From NCBI GenBank assembly GCA_965248695.1, contig CBDFKD010000002.1, positions 5,120,001-5,184,000 on the forward strand: DNA of 64,000 nucleotides. Reading direction: 5' to 3'. A program made the translations under genes and the position numbers. Origin of the DNA: Acidobacteriota bacterium. GTDB lineage: Bacteria > Acidobacteriota > UBA890 > WLXD01. Positions 10,006-20,346 of this stretch are shown here, one piece after another. The first letter of the stretch is position 1. The number at the start of each line of letters is the position of its first letter. A model generated the notes under the pieces. It worked only from the letters and a program-made list of their open reading frames with translations. It was not told where the DNA came from and searched no databases.

Positions 10006-10694
10006 CCGACCAAGACAGCCAGCTGAACGAGTACTCGGGACCGACGGCGTTCATCGATAGCGACCATCCCGACGTGGTCGAGTTCGCGCACGAGAGCGTC
10101 AGCGCGGAGGACTCCGAGATCGACAAGTCGATCGCGCTCTACGATCGCGTCCGAGACGGGTACCGGTACGATCCGTACAGGATCGACTTGACCGTCGAGG
10201 GAATGCGCGCCAGCACCGTGCTCGAGAAGGGGTTCGGTTTCTGCATCTCCAAGGCGACGCTGCTCGCTGCTGCGGCACGGGTGCATGGCATCCCGAGTCG
10301 GCTGGGGTTCGGCGATGTCGTGAACCACCTGGTCACGGAGCGCCTGAAGCGCGAGATGCAAACCGATCTGTTCGTGTTCCATGGCTACACGGAGCTGTAT
10401 CTCGACGGTAAATGGGTCAAGGCGACGCCAGCGTTCAACGCTTCGTTGTGTGAGCGCTTCAACGTCGAGCCGATGGGATTCGATGGCCGCACCGACGCGC
10501 TGTTCCAGCAGTTCGATCGCGACGGCAATCACTACATGGAATACGTCCATGACCGCGGTCGCTACGCCGACGTGCCGCTGGACGAGATCATCGCAGTCTG
10601 GGCAGAGCACTACCCGGCGGAGGTGCTTGCCTCGCAGGACAGCGCCGGCAGTGACGCGACCGCCGGCGAGCGCGACCAGTTCGTCGAGGCCTAG
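10002..10694 (+). CDS. transglutaminase-like domain protein
   Basis: IDSDHP, VRDGYRYDPY, GFCISKA (Cys), FHGYTELYLDGKWVKATPAF. Confidence 0.88.
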   Translation: MTDQDSQLNEYSGPTAFIDSDHPDVVEFAHESVSAEDSEIDKSIALYDRVRDGYRYDPYRIDLTVEGMRASTVLEKGFGFCISKATLLAAAARVHGIPSRLGFGDVVNHLVTERLKREMQTDLFVFHGYTELYLDGKWVKATPAFNASLCERFNVEPMGFDGRTDALFQQFDRDGNHYMEYVHDRGRYADVPLDEIIAVWAEHYPAEVLASQDSAGSDATAGERDQFVEA

Positions 10695-10970
10695 CAGGCG
10701 GTGGTGGAAGTGTGGCGGGCCTGGCGACAGGGTCTTGCGAGGTGGAGGCAAGGAGAGAGGAGGAGGCGATGGTTACCCCATCGTTGACGACGAACGACGC
10801 AGCATTACGCGCGCAACCCCCTGTCGCCCGAAGGGTTGCGGCGATTTGGGGCCATCTGCGGCGTTGGCCCTCCTCGACGATGGCTAGGGCATCGGCTGCG
10901 TCAGGCCGCCTTGCATCTGGCCCCAACTCGTCGCAACCAGGCCCGCCACACTTCCACCACGGCCTGCTAG
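10691..10970. mobile_element. 280-bp MITE-like element with 34-bp terminal inverted repeats, CTAG at both ends
   Basis: 10691-10724 CTAGCAGGCGGTGGTGGAAGTGTGGCGGGCCTGG versus reverse complement of 10937-10970: 33/34 identical; no credible ORF inside. Confidence 0.8.
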
Positions 10971-11012
10971 CGCCGTGGTGCTGAAGGTGCGATCCCTGAG
11001 AGGTGTGCAGCC

Positions 11013-12473
11013 GTGACGATTGCCGATCAGCAGCTGTATGTCGGCGGCAGGTATCTGGATGCCACCGGCGGCGAAACATTCGACACCGTCAATCCGGCCA
11101 CCGGCGAAGTGTTGTGCAGCGTGCAGCAGGCCGGCGCCGAGGATGTCGATCGGGCCGTGGACTCGGCGCGGGCTGGGTTCCGCGAGTGGTCGACGACGAG
11201 CGGGGCCGAGCGCGGCCGTGTACTCAACCGCGCGGTGGCGCTGCTGCGGCAACGCAACGACGAGCTGGCGCACCTGGAGGTCCTGGACACCGGTAAGCCG
11301 ATCCAGGAGGCCTCGGTTGTCGACGTGCTGTCTGGCGCCGACTGCATCGAGTACTACGCCGGTCTTGCCGCCAGCCTGCACGGTGAGCATTTCGACCTCG
11401 GCTCGTCGTTCGCCTACACCCGCCGCGAGCCGCTCGGCGTGTGCGCCGGAATCGGTGCCTGGAACTACCCGTTGCAAATCGCCTGCTGGAAGTCCGGCCC
11501 GGCGCTGGCGTGCGGCAACGCGATGATCTTCAAGCCCGCCGAGCTCACCCCGCTGACGGCGCCGAAACTGGCAGAGATCTTCACCGAGGCAGGCGTACCG
11601 GATGGAGTGTTCAACGTCGTCCACGGGGATGGCCGAACAGGACAGTTGCTGACGCGCCATCCGGGAATCGACAAGGTCTCGCTGACCGGCGAGGTGGGTA
11701 CCGGAAAGCTCGTCATGGCTGACGCCGCCAGCACGCTCAAGCATGTGACGATGGAGCTCGGCGGCAAGTCGCCCCTGGTGATCTTCGCCGACTGTGACCT
11801 CGAGAACGCGGTGTCGGCGGCGCTGATGGCGAATTTCTACACCCAGGGCGAGGTCTGTTCCAACGGAACGCGGGTGTTCGTCGAAAGCAGCATCCACGAT
11901 CGATTCATCGCCCGTCTCCTGGAGCGTGTCAGACAGATGCGGATCGGCGACCCGCTCGATCCAGAGACCCATGTCGGGGCCCTGATCTCCGCGGAGCACC
12001 GGGACCGTGTGCTCGGCTATATCGAGTCCGGAAAGGCGGCCGGCGCCAAAATTCTATGCGGCGGCGCCGCTCCGCCCGAACCAGAGCTTGCCGCCGGCTT
12101 TTTCGTCGAGCCGACGGTGTTTGATGGCTGCAGTGACGACATGCAGATCGTCAAGGAAGAGATCTTCGGCCCGGTGATGGCAGTGCTCGGCTTCGAAACC
12201 GAGGACGAGGTGGTCGCGCGCGCCAACGACACCACCTACGGGCTCGCTGCTGGCGTCTTCACGAGGGATATCCAACGCGCGCATCGAGTGGTGGCACAGC
12301 TGGAGGCGGGCACATGCTGGATCAACAACTACAACATCACGCCGATCGAGATGCCGTTTGGCGGCACCAAACAGTCCGGCATCGGGCGCGAGAACAGCCT
12401 CACCACCTTGAACCACTACACGCAGCTCAAGAGCGTCTATGTGGAGATGGGCGACGTGGAGGCACCGTACTGA
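11013..12473 (+). CDS. betB: betaine aldehyde dehydrogenase
   Basis: [64 protein letters not shown]. Confidence 0.9.
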   Translation: MTIADQQLYVGGRYLDATGGETFDTVNPATGEVLCSVQQAGAEDVDRAVDSARAGFREWSTTSGAERGRVLNRAVALLRQRNDELAHLEVLDTGKPIQEASVVDVLSGADCIEYYAGLAASLHGEHFDLGSSFAYTRREPLGVCAGIGAWNYPLQIACWKSGPALACGNAMIFKPAELTPLTAPKLAEIFTEAGVPDGVFNVVHGDGRTGQLLTRHPGIDKVSLTGEVGTGKLVMADAASTLKHVTMELGGKSPLVIFADCDLENAVSAALMANFYTQGEVCSNGTRVFVESSIHDRFIARLLERVRQMRIGDPLDPETHVGALISAEHRDRVLGYIESGKAAGAKILCGGAAPPEPELAAGFFVEPTVFDGCSDDMQIVKEEIFGPVMAVLGFETEDEVVARANDTTYGLAAGVFTRDIQRAHRVVAQLEAGTCWINNYNITPIEMPFGGTKQSGIGRENSLTTLNHYTQLKSVYVEMGDVEAPY

Positions 12474-13831
12474 TGCAGCGCCTCATCGCTTGCCTCGCCG
12501 TGGTGCTGGCGACCGGCGCGCTAGCTGCGACGAACGGAGGCGACCAGGACTTCGCCCATGCCGTACCCGAAGAGGTCGGCATGTCGACCGAGCGCCTGGA
12601 ACGCATCCGACCGCTGATGCAAGGGTACGTCGACGAAGGCAAGCTCCCGGGCGTGCTGACGGTAGTGGCTCGCCGCGGCAAGCTGGTGCATTTCGAGACC
12701 GTCGGCCAGATGGATATCGAAGCCGGGGCCCCGATGCGCGCGGACACCATCTTTCGCATCTACTCGATGAGCAAGGTGGTCAACGCCGTCGCCGTGATGA
12801 TGCTGCTGGAGCAGGGTGAGCTTCTGCTCACCGATCCCGTAGCCGACTACCTCCCGGTGCTAACGGACATGCGCGTCTATCTGGACGGCGCAGGTGACGC
12901 GCTTCGCACCGAGGCAGCGCGGCCGATCACGGTGTTGCATCTGTTGACCCATACCTCCGGGTTCACCTACGGCGGCGAAGGCACGATAGGTGACCTGTAC
13001 CGTCAGGAAGGCGTCTTCGGATCTCCATCACGGAGCGACACGGCGCCACCGACGCTAACGGCTTTCGTTGAGCGGCTAGCCACCGTGCCGTTGGCGGCAC
13101 AACCGGGGAGCGCCTTTCACTACGGGGTTTCCAATGACGTCTTGGGGCGCCTCGTCGAGGTGGTCTCCGGCAGTCCCTACGATCAGTTCCTTTCCAAGAA
13201 CATCTTCGTGCCACTGCGTATGGTCGATACGGGCTTCTACGTCCCGGATTCGAAGATCGATCGGTTCGCCGCCAACTACGCCCCCGTGGGCGGAAGTGTA
13301 GCGGAGGCGCTGCGCTCAGACGATTCCTCGCCCGCCAGGGCACCAACACCGCTGTTGCGGCTTGTCGACTCACCCCGCCAGAGCGTTTGGCGCGACCTGA
13401 ACCCGGTGCCCTACGGTGGCGCCGGGCTGGTCTCGACGGCCACGGATTACCTGCGGTTCGCGCAAATGTTGCTGAACGGTGGCGAGCTCGACGGGGCACG
13501 CTTGCTAGGCCGCAAGACCGTCGAGTTGATGCGGCAAGACCACACTACGCCGATGACCGGTCCGGATCCGTTGAGCGTCTTCGCCGACTACTACGAAGGC
13601 TGCTCCGCCGGCTTCGGCTTTGGCCTCACCGGCTCGGTAGTGATCGATGCCGCCCGTACCTGTACGCCGGGGTCGGTGGGTTCCTTCTCGTGGGGCGGTG
13701 CGGCGAGCACGGAATGGTGGATGGATCCCGAGGAGGAGCTCATCGGCATGCTGTTCACCCAACAGCTGGGCTCCCCGTATCCACTGCGCGCCCAGATGAA
13801 AGTCCTGACCTACCAGGCGCTGGTCGATTAG
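12473..13831 (+). CDS. secreted serine hydrolase (beta-lactamase-related)
   Basis: TGATG overlap with betB; signal peptide; FRIYSMSK (SxxK), LLTHTSG, FHYG, WGGAAST. Confidence 0.88.
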   Translation: MQRLIACLAVVLATGALAATNGGDQDFAHAVPEEVGMSTERLERIRPLMQGYVDEGKLPGVLTVVARRGKLVHFETVGQMDIEAGAPMRADTIFRIYSMSKVVNAVAVMMLLEQGELLLTDPVADYLPVLTDMRVYLDGAGDALRTEAARPITVLHLLTHTSGFTYGGEGTIGDLYRQEGVFGSPSRSDTAPPTLTAFVERLATVPLAAQPGSAFHYGVSNDVLGRLVEVVSGSPYDQFLSKNIFVPLRMVDTGFYVPDSKIDRFAANYAPVGGSVAEALRSDDSSPARAPTPLLRLVDSPRQSVWRDLNPVPYGGAGLVSTATDYLRFAQMLLNGGELDGARLLGRKTVELMRQDHTTPMTGPDPLSVFADYYEGCSAGFGFGLTGSVVIDAARTCTPGSVGSFSWGGAASTEWWMDPEEELIGMLFTQQLGSPYPLRAQMKVLTYQALVD

Positions 13832-13837
13832 GAGGTG

Positions 13838-15805
13838 ATGGAAGTGTCCGCCGACCTGCCGCATCTGTTCTCACCGCTCACGATCCGCAACGTCACCCTG
13901 AAGAACCGCATCGTATCCACCGGTCATGACACGATGATGGCCGAGGACGGTCTGCCGAGCGCCACAACGGCGGCGTATCATCGCGCTCGCGCCGTCGGCG
14001 GTGTCGGCCTGATCATCACCGAGGTGGCTGGAATCCACCCCAGCTCGCGGTACACGCCGCACATGGCTGTGGCGACGCACGACGACTGCATCCCGGGATT
14101 TCGTGGCATCGCCGAGGCGTGTCACGAGCATGGATGCACCGTGTTCGGCCAGCTGTTCCACCCCGGTCGAGAGCTGTTCCCGAAGAGCGAGGACGGTACG
14201 GCGATGGTCGCCTATTCGGCGTCGGCGGTGCCCAACGAGCGCTTCCACGTCATGCCGCGGGCGATGCCCAAACGGATTATCGACGAGATCGTCACCGGCT
14301 TTGCGGACGGCGCCGCTCGCCTGCAGCAGGCAGGCTTCGATGGGGTGGAGATCGTCGGCAGTCACGGCTATTTGATCGCTCAGTTTCTCAACCCGCGGGT
14401 GAACCGGCGCGACGACGAGTACGGTGGCTCCTTGGACGCCCGCCTGAGGCTGGTGCGTGAGGTGGCCGCAGCCATCCGGCAACGCACCGGCGACATGGTC
14501 GTCGGGCTGCGTATCTCGGCCGACGAGCAGAACCCGGACGGTCTGCAACCTGATGCCGTGACGGAGGTCTGTAGAACGCTCGACGTCGATGGCGAGATCG
14601 ACTACTTCAGCGTCGTTGCCGGTGCCTCCACGACGCTCGGAAGCGCCCTCCACATCGTGCCGCCCATGGAGCTGGGCCGCACCTACGTGGCGCCACATGC
14701 GGCCGCCGTGCGCGCCGCGGTGAGCAAGCCGGTCATCGTCACGGGCCGTACGGTCAACCCGATAGACGCCGAGCGAGTGCTCACCGACGGTCACGCCGAT
14801 CTGTGCGGCATGACGCGCGCCTTGATCAGCGACCCCGAGATGCCCAACAAGGCGCGTGCTGGCCGGCTCGACGACATCCGCACCTGCATCGGCTGCAACC
14901 AGGCGTGCATCGGCCACATGCACATGGGCGTGCCGATCTCCTGTATCCAATACCCGGAGAGCGGGCGAGAGCTGCGTTACGGCGAGCGGGGGCGGGCGAC
15001 GGCCGCCCGGCGCGTGCTGGTAGTCGGCGGGGGTCCGGCAGGCATGAAGGCGGCAGCGGTCGCTGCCGAGCGAGGTCACGAAGTGGTGCTCTACGAACGC
15101 ACCGCGGCCCTCGGCGGGCAGGTACTCATCGCAGCGGCACTCCCCGGACGCGCCGAGTTCGGGGGCCTGGTGCCCAACCTGCAGCGCGAGGTCGAGGCAG
15201 CCGGCGTGGAAGTGAAAACCAACGTCGAAGTGACCCGCGAGCTCGTTGCCGAGCGAGCGCCGGACGTGGTGATCCTGGCGACCGGAGCACGGCCGTACGT
15301 CCCGACGATCCCGGGAACTGACGGTGCCCACGTCGTTACCGCCTGGCAAGTGCTGCAGGACGAGGTCGAAACCCGAGGCTCAGTGGTGGTGGCAGATTGG
15401 CGCTGCGATTGGATCGGGCTCGGCGTGGCCCAGAAGTTGGCGATCGCCGGCCACTCGGTGCATCTGTGCGTCAACGGCAGGATGCCCGGTGAGACGATCC
15501 AGCAGTATGTCCGCGACCAGATGGTGGGTGCCCTGCACCGGCTGGGCGCAGAGGTCACTCCGCTCGCTCGCCTCCATCGTATCGACGGGAACGCGGCGCA
15601 CTTCGTGCACACCACCAGCGGTGAGCCGATGGTCGTAGCAGGAGTCGACACGGTCGTCCTGGCCCTGGGACACGCTGCACGGAACGAGCTAGAGTCCGAT
15701 CTGGCCGATTTCAGCGGTGAGCTGTGCATCATTGGCGATTGCCTTTGTCCGCGAACCGTCGAAGAGGCGGTGTTCGAGGGGCTCAAGGCAGGGATCGCCG
15801 TATAG
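13838..15805 (+). CDS. NADH:flavin oxidoreductase (OYE barrel + Fe-S + FAD), DgcA/StcD N-demethylase-like
   Basis: LKNRIVSTGH, QLFHPGRE, GSHGYLIAQFL, CIGCNQAC..C, VVGGGPAGM, IGDCLCPRT. Confidence 0.8.
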   Translation: MEVSADLPHLFSPLTIRNVTLKNRIVSTGHDTMMAEDGLPSATTAAYHRARAVGGVGLIITEVAGIHPSSRYTPHMAVATHDDCIPGFRGIAEACHEHGCTVFGQLFHPGRELFPKSEDGTAMVAYSASAVPNERFHVMPRAMPKRIIDEIVTGFADGAARLQQAGFDGVEIVGSHGYLIAQFLNPRVNRRDDEYGGSLDARLRLVREVAAAIRQRTGDMVVGLRISADEQNPDGLQPDAVTEVCRTLDVDGEIDYFSVVAGASTTLGSALHIVPPMELGRTYVAPHAAAVRAAVSKPVIVTGRTVNPIDAERVLTDGHADLCGMTRALISDPEMPNKARAGRLDDIRTCIGCNQACIGHMHMGVPISCIQYPESGRELRYGERGRATAARRVLVVGGGPAGMKAAAVAAERGHEVVLYERTAALGGQVLIAAALPGRAEFGGLVPNLQREVEAAGVEVKTNVEVTRELVAERAPDVVILATGARPYVPTIPGTDGAHVVTAWQVLQDEVETRGSVVVADWRCDWIGLGVAQKLAIAGHSVHLCVNGRMPGETIQQYVRDQMVGALHRLGAEVTPLARLHRIDGNAAHFVHTTSGEPMVVAGVDTVVLALGHAARNELESDLADFSGELCIIGDCLCPRTVEEAVFEGLKAGIAV

Positions 15806-15846
15806 AGTCGGCAACCTCGCGGCGAATTGCCCAAGGAGCAAGACGG

Positions 15847-17274
15847 ATGACTCGAAACAAGGTTCTAGTGGCCACCGCAACGCTGACCTGTGCTATCGCG
15901 GCACTCGCGCCGACCGGACGCGGATGGGCGCAGATGGACGGCGGCCACAGCCGCACCGCGATGTACACCGTACGCTCCCAACAGGGCGTCCAGGTGCCGA
16001 TGCGTGATGGCGTCAGTCTGTCGACCGATCTGTACTTTCCGGAAGGCGCGACCGGGCCGTTACCGACGATTCTCGTCCGGACTCCCTACAACAAGGAGAA
16101 CCCGGCAAGCAATCGGGTCAACGTCGAGACGTTCGTTGGCCAAGGCTACGTCGTCGCCGTTCAGGATATTCGGGGCCGGTTCGAATCTCAGGGCCGATAC
16201 ACGGTGCGCGTCGGTGAGCGCACCGACGGCTACGATGCGGTGGAGTGGTTAAGCAGCCAGGCGTGGTCCTCAGGCAAGGTGGGCTCCTTCGGTTGCTCGT
16301 ATCGCGGTGAGACACAATTGACCCTCGCCGCAGCCCGTCACCCGAATCACGTCGCCGGGATACCGATGGCCCCCTCCGGCGGCTACTACTCGCCCGGGCG
16401 GCCGTGGGGCTCATTCGACGGCGGTGCGTTCGAGCTGGCGCAAACTGCCGGCTGGTTCATCGGCAACCCCGCCAAGATTCACTACGGCCCGCCAGCTTGG
16501 GTCGACCGCGAGGAGTGGCTCGCCTCCGAGCAGGCGCGGCTGTTTCGCACCGGCCCGGAAGACCTGCAGGTCGACCGACTCGCGCTGTACTGGACGTTGC
16601 CGGTAGTGGATGTGCTCAACAAGGCCGGCGCACCCCCGAACGACTACGTCGACTATGCCAGCAATTCTCCGGAGGCCGAATACTTCCAGGAGTTGGGCTA
16701 CGTTCGCAGCGACGATCGATTCGATATGCCGATGCTCTACGTCGACACCTGGTACGACTTCGCGCAGGCCGACACACTGATGATGTTCAACCAGATGCGC
16801 GCCAACGCGGTGAGTGAACGGGCACGCGACAACCAGTTCATCATCATCTCACCGACCCGGCACTGCAGTCACAGCGCGGCCACCGAGCAAACCACCGCCG
16901 GTGAGCGCGACCTCGGCGACGCCCGCAAGGGCTTCGTAGATCTCTACCTCGACTGGTACGACCACTGGCTCAAGGGCATCGACAACGGCGTCACCGGCAT
17001 GCCCCGCGTGCAGTACTACCTGATGGGAGCCAACGAGTGGCGCGCCGCCGACAGCTGGCCACCTGCCGGCACGTCGTACAAGAAGCTGTTCCTGCACAGC
17101 GACGGCCGCGCCAACAGCCGGCTCGGTGACGGGGCGCTGTCGGCGACACCTCCCACACAGGAGCCGGCGGATCGCTTCACCTATGACCCTGGTACACCGG
17201 TGATGTCGCTGGGCGGCCAGGGCTGCTGCTCGGGAATGAGCACCGGCCAGGGTGGCTACGACCAGTTGACCTGA
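15847..17274 (+). pseudogene. CocE/NonD family hydrolase, C-terminally truncated by IS
   Basis: VPMRDGVSLSTDLY, LVRTPY, QDIRGRFES, GCSYRG; breaks at GGYDQ where the IS end TGACCTG starts (17267); lacks the C-terminal part seen in the 34762 paralog. Confidence 0.85.
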
Positions 17275-18357
17275 CCCCGCGGTTAGTACCATGTCTTATC
17301 TCAGTAACTCGGTGCTGACAAGAGGTTGTTGAGGCCGGCGAAGCGGAGCGCAGCCGGCTTCAACAACGTCGCTTCGGGTGCGGGCGGCCGATAGCTCAGC
17401 GAGCTGTGCGGTCGCATGCGGTTGTAGTGCTGACGCCATCTCTCGATCAGAACCTTTGCCTCCTTGAGCGTGTAGAAGATCTCTCCATCCAGCAGCTCGT
17501 CGCGTAGCTTGCCGTTGAAGCTCTCCACGTAACCGTTCTCCCACGGCGAGCCCGGCTCGATGAACAGCGTCCCCACGCCCAACCGGCCCAGCCAGTCGCG
17601 AACCGCCTCGGCGGTGAACTCTGGTCCGTTATCCGACCGGATGTGCTCAGGTATGCCCCGGTGTACGAACAACCTCCCGAGCTGCTCCAGCACGTCCTCA
17701 GAGTTGAGCTTCCGTGCTACATGGATCGCCAGGCTTTCTCGTGTGTACTCATCGACGATCGTCAGCAGCCTCATAGCCCGACCGTCGTGCGTCCGGTGGT
17801 GCAGGAAGTCATACGCCCAGACATGATCCCGGTGCTGTGGGCGCAGCCGGATGCAGGAGCCATCGCTCAGCCACAGCCGTGCTCGTTTGGGCTGTTTTCT
17901 CGGTACTTTCAGCCCTTCGCGCCGCCAGATACGCTGCACTCGTTTGTGGTTCACGGACCAGCCCTCCATGCGCAGCAACGCTGTCACCCTCCGATATCCG
18001 TAGCGCCCGTACTGTCGGGCTAAATCCACGATCCGCTCCGTCAAAATCTGCTCCTGTTGCGGCTCTCTTGGCACGTACCGGTGTGTCGTGCGTGGTTGTT
18101 TCAGTACCCGACACGCCCGCCTCTCCGAGACGCCCAGCCGCCCCCGTACATGTGCCACCGCCTCTCGCCGCCGAGCTGGGCTCAGAAGTTTCCCTCCGCC
18201 ACTTCCTTCAGGATCGACAGGTCGAGTTCCTTTTCCGCCACCAGCCTCTTGAGCCGGGCATTCTCCTTCTCCAGTTGCTTGAGCTTTCTGGCCTGGTTGA
18301 GCTTCAGTCCGCCGTACTCTCGCCGCCACCGGTAGTAGGTGTGCTCGGTGATTGCTA
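17267..18357 (-). mobile_element. IS3 family (IS407 group) element, left end and orfA start missing
   Basis: End TGACCTGACCCC at 17267; orfB with WAYDF, TIVDEYTRE, RSDNGPEF, PGSPWENGYVESFNG; orfA remnant YYRWRREYGG; slip region GGGAAACTTCTGAGCCC. Confidence 0.92.
17301..18186 (-). CDS. IS3 transposase OrfB (DDE)
   Basis: LSPARRREAV...RYGYRR...DDE motifs; expressed by frameshift from a truncated orfA; start approximate. Confidence 0.85.
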
Positions 18358-18434
18358 TGACCTGCCCCCCAATAATCGGGCCAGTCTGAGAGTTAGGATT
18401 TGAGGCTCTCAGGATGGCTCGGGAAGGGGGAAGA

Positions 18435-18713
18435 ATGGCGCGGAAGCGGTACACTGTAGAGCAGATCATCGCCAAGCTCAGGGAGGCAGAGATCGAGCTA
18501 GCGAAAGGGGCCAAGACACCGGAGGCATGCCGCAAGCTGGGAATCAGCGAGAACACGTATTACCGGTGGCGCAAGGAGTACGGTGGACTGAGGGTGGATC
18601 AGGCACGGCGACTCAAGGAGCTGGAGCGGGAAAACGGCCGGCTCAAGAAGTTGCTGGCGGAGACGATGCTCGACAACGCCATCCTCAAAGAGGTTTCGTC
18701 GGGAAACTTCTGA
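18435..18713 (+). CDS. IS3 transposase OrfA (HTH)
   Basis: MARKRYTVEQIIAKLREAE...CRKLGISENTYYRWRKEYGG...ELERENGRLKKL. Confidence 0.92.
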   Translation: MARKRYTVEQIIAKLREAEIELAKGAKTPEACRKLGISENTYYRWRKEYGGLRVDQARRLKELERENGRLKKLLAETMLDNAILKEVSSGNF

Positions 18714-19594
18714 GCCCGGCACGACGGAGCCGGGCAGTGCACCACGCACAGCAGTCGTTGGGTGTGTCCGAGAGGCGAGCCTGCAGAGTACTGGGCCAGG
18801 TGCGCTCGACGCAGCAGTATCGGCCCAAGGTGCCGCAGGAGGAGAAGGCACTGGTGGAGCGGATGACCCAGCTGGCGACGCAGTACGGGCGCTATGGGTA
18901 CCGGCGGATCACGGCGCTGTTGGTACGTGAGGGGTGGCGAGTGAATCACAAGAGGGTCGAACGGTTATGGCGTCGTGAGGGGCTGAAGGTACCGAAAAAG
19001 CAGCCCAAGCGCGGACGCTGGTGGCGCAATGATGGATCGTGCGTGCGGCTGCGGCCGGAGAGGAAAGATCACGTCTGGGCCTATGACTTCGTGCACGAAC
19101 GAACTCACGACGGGCGAGCGTTTCGTCTACTGACGATCGTGGATGAGTACACGAGAGAGTGCTTGGCAATCGATGTAGCACGCAGGCTCAACTCCGAGAA
19201 CGTGCTGGAGCGACTCGCTGAGCTGTTCGTGAACCGGGGTGTTGCCGATCACATCCGCTCCGACAACGGACCGGAGTTCACTTCTCGGGCAGTGCGTGAA
19301 TGGCTCGAGCGAATCGGTGTGAAGACGCTGTTCATTGAGCCCGGATCGCCATGGGAGAACGGCTACGTGGAGAGCTTCAACGGCAAGCTCCGCGACGAGC
19401 TGCTGAACGGCGAGATCTTCTACACGCTCAAGGAGGCGCAGTGCTTGGTGCACCGCTGGCGCCGCCAGTACAACCAGGTGCGGCCCCATAGCTCGTTGGG
19501 CTATCGACCGCCTGCACCCGAAGCGACGTTGTTGCAGCCGGCTACGCTCCGCTTCGCCAGCTCCAACAATCTCTTGCCAGTACCGATTCTATGA
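18710..19594 (+). CDS. IS3 transposase OrfB (DDE)
   Basis: WAYDF, IVDEYTRECL, RSDNGPEF, SPWENGYVESFNGKLRDE, RPHSSLGY; start approximate. Confidence 0.92.
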   Translation: MSPARRSRAVHHAQQSLGVSERRACRVLGQVRSTQQYRPKVPQEEKALVERMTQLATQYGRYGYRRITALLVREGWRVNHKRVERLWRREGLKVPKKQPKRGRWWRNDGSCVRLRPERKDHVWAYDFVHERTHDGRAFRLLTIVDEYTRECLAIDVARRLNSENVLERLAELFVNRGVADHIRSDNGPEFTSRAVREWLERIGVKTLFIEPGSPWENGYVESFNGKLRDELLNGEIFYTLKEAQCLVHRWRRQYNQVRPHSSLGYRPPAPEATLLQPATLRFASSNNLLPVPIL

Positions 19595-19628
19595 GTTACG
19601 AAGTGGCCCAAACACTTGGGGCAGGTCA

Positions 19629-19889
19629 CTGGTGGCTCTTGGTGGCCTTGCCCTGGGGACGGTCGCCATCGGCGGCCTCTCAATGGGCGGCGTGGCGGCC
19701 CAAGGCGCCTTGTCGGGCAGCATCTTGACCCTCTCCGAGGGCGATTCCGAGCGTGTTCTCTTGATCGGCTGGTTCGTCCTCATCGTCGCCATCGCCGCCG
19801 CCGTTGTTGCGGCAATCGTAGCGTTCATGAAGACGACCGCGAGGGACAGCGGCGAGGCAGGTCCGGAAGGACGAAACGATCCGAGCTAG
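19629..19889 (+). pseudogene. 3' fragment of a membrane protein gene cut by the IS
   Basis: Frame begins at the IS end: LVALGGLALGTVAIGGLSMGGVA plus a TM helix; no independent start or RBS. Confidence 0.5.
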
Positions 19890-20180
19890 CGCGACCGTGG
19901 AGACGCGCGAGAGCCAGAATCTCCTCGACGATTACTTCATCCTGATCCGTCCCGGCCTTTCGCCTGACCGCGACCGGCTGGCCCATCCCTGGGACGAGTC
20001 CGACTCGAACCAGGGTACGTGCGGCCCTAGGCCGACCTCGAAGGGGGCGAGTTGCAGAACCTCCTCGCCTCGATCGCAGAAACCCTCTCAGCCGGCTGTA
20101 ACACCGAGCTACCGATCGCATAGAAGAGGGTGACGGCGAGATTCTGAGATCGAGAGTAGCGGACTGAGGAGGATCGAAGC

Positions 20181-20330
20181 ATGCAGAACGCGATCAAATG
20201 CCGGGGCGTCAGCAAGGGGTACCCGCGCTTCACCCTGAACGACATCGATCTCCAAGTGCCGGAGGGCTCGGTCATGGGCTTGGTGGGGCCATGGCGCCGG
20301 CAAGCCAACCAAACGCATCATGAACTCCAA
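20181..20330 (+). pseudogene. N-terminal fragment of an ABC ATP-binding protein
   Basis: RBS GAGGAGG; MQNAIKCRGVSKGYPRFTLNDIDLQVPEGSVMGLVGP, then GAGK in a shifted frame (broken Walker A); ends shortly after. Confidence 0.7.
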
Positions 20331-20346
20331 GGGCGGGAACTGCCGC

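Larger units (their letters stand above)
18358..19628 (+). mobile_element. complete IS3 family (IS407 group) element, 1271 bp
   Basis: IRL TGACCTGCCCCCCAATAATCGGGCCA, IRR (reverse complement) TGACCTGCCCCAAGTGTTTGGGCCA; orfA and orfB overlapping at GGGAAACTTCTGAGCCC; no flanking direct repeat. Confidence 0.95.

Noticed and set aside
2696-15349. Long antisense ORFs (2696-3805, 6273-7793, 10884-11999, 13871-15349; also 29808-30875, 39324-40514, 45029-46174)
   Set aside because: They shadow well-supported genes, lack motifs, and are expected in high-GC DNA.
17261-19633. The two IS3 elements as a composite transposon
   Set aside because: No cargo between them, no flanking direct repeat, and the elements are not identical.
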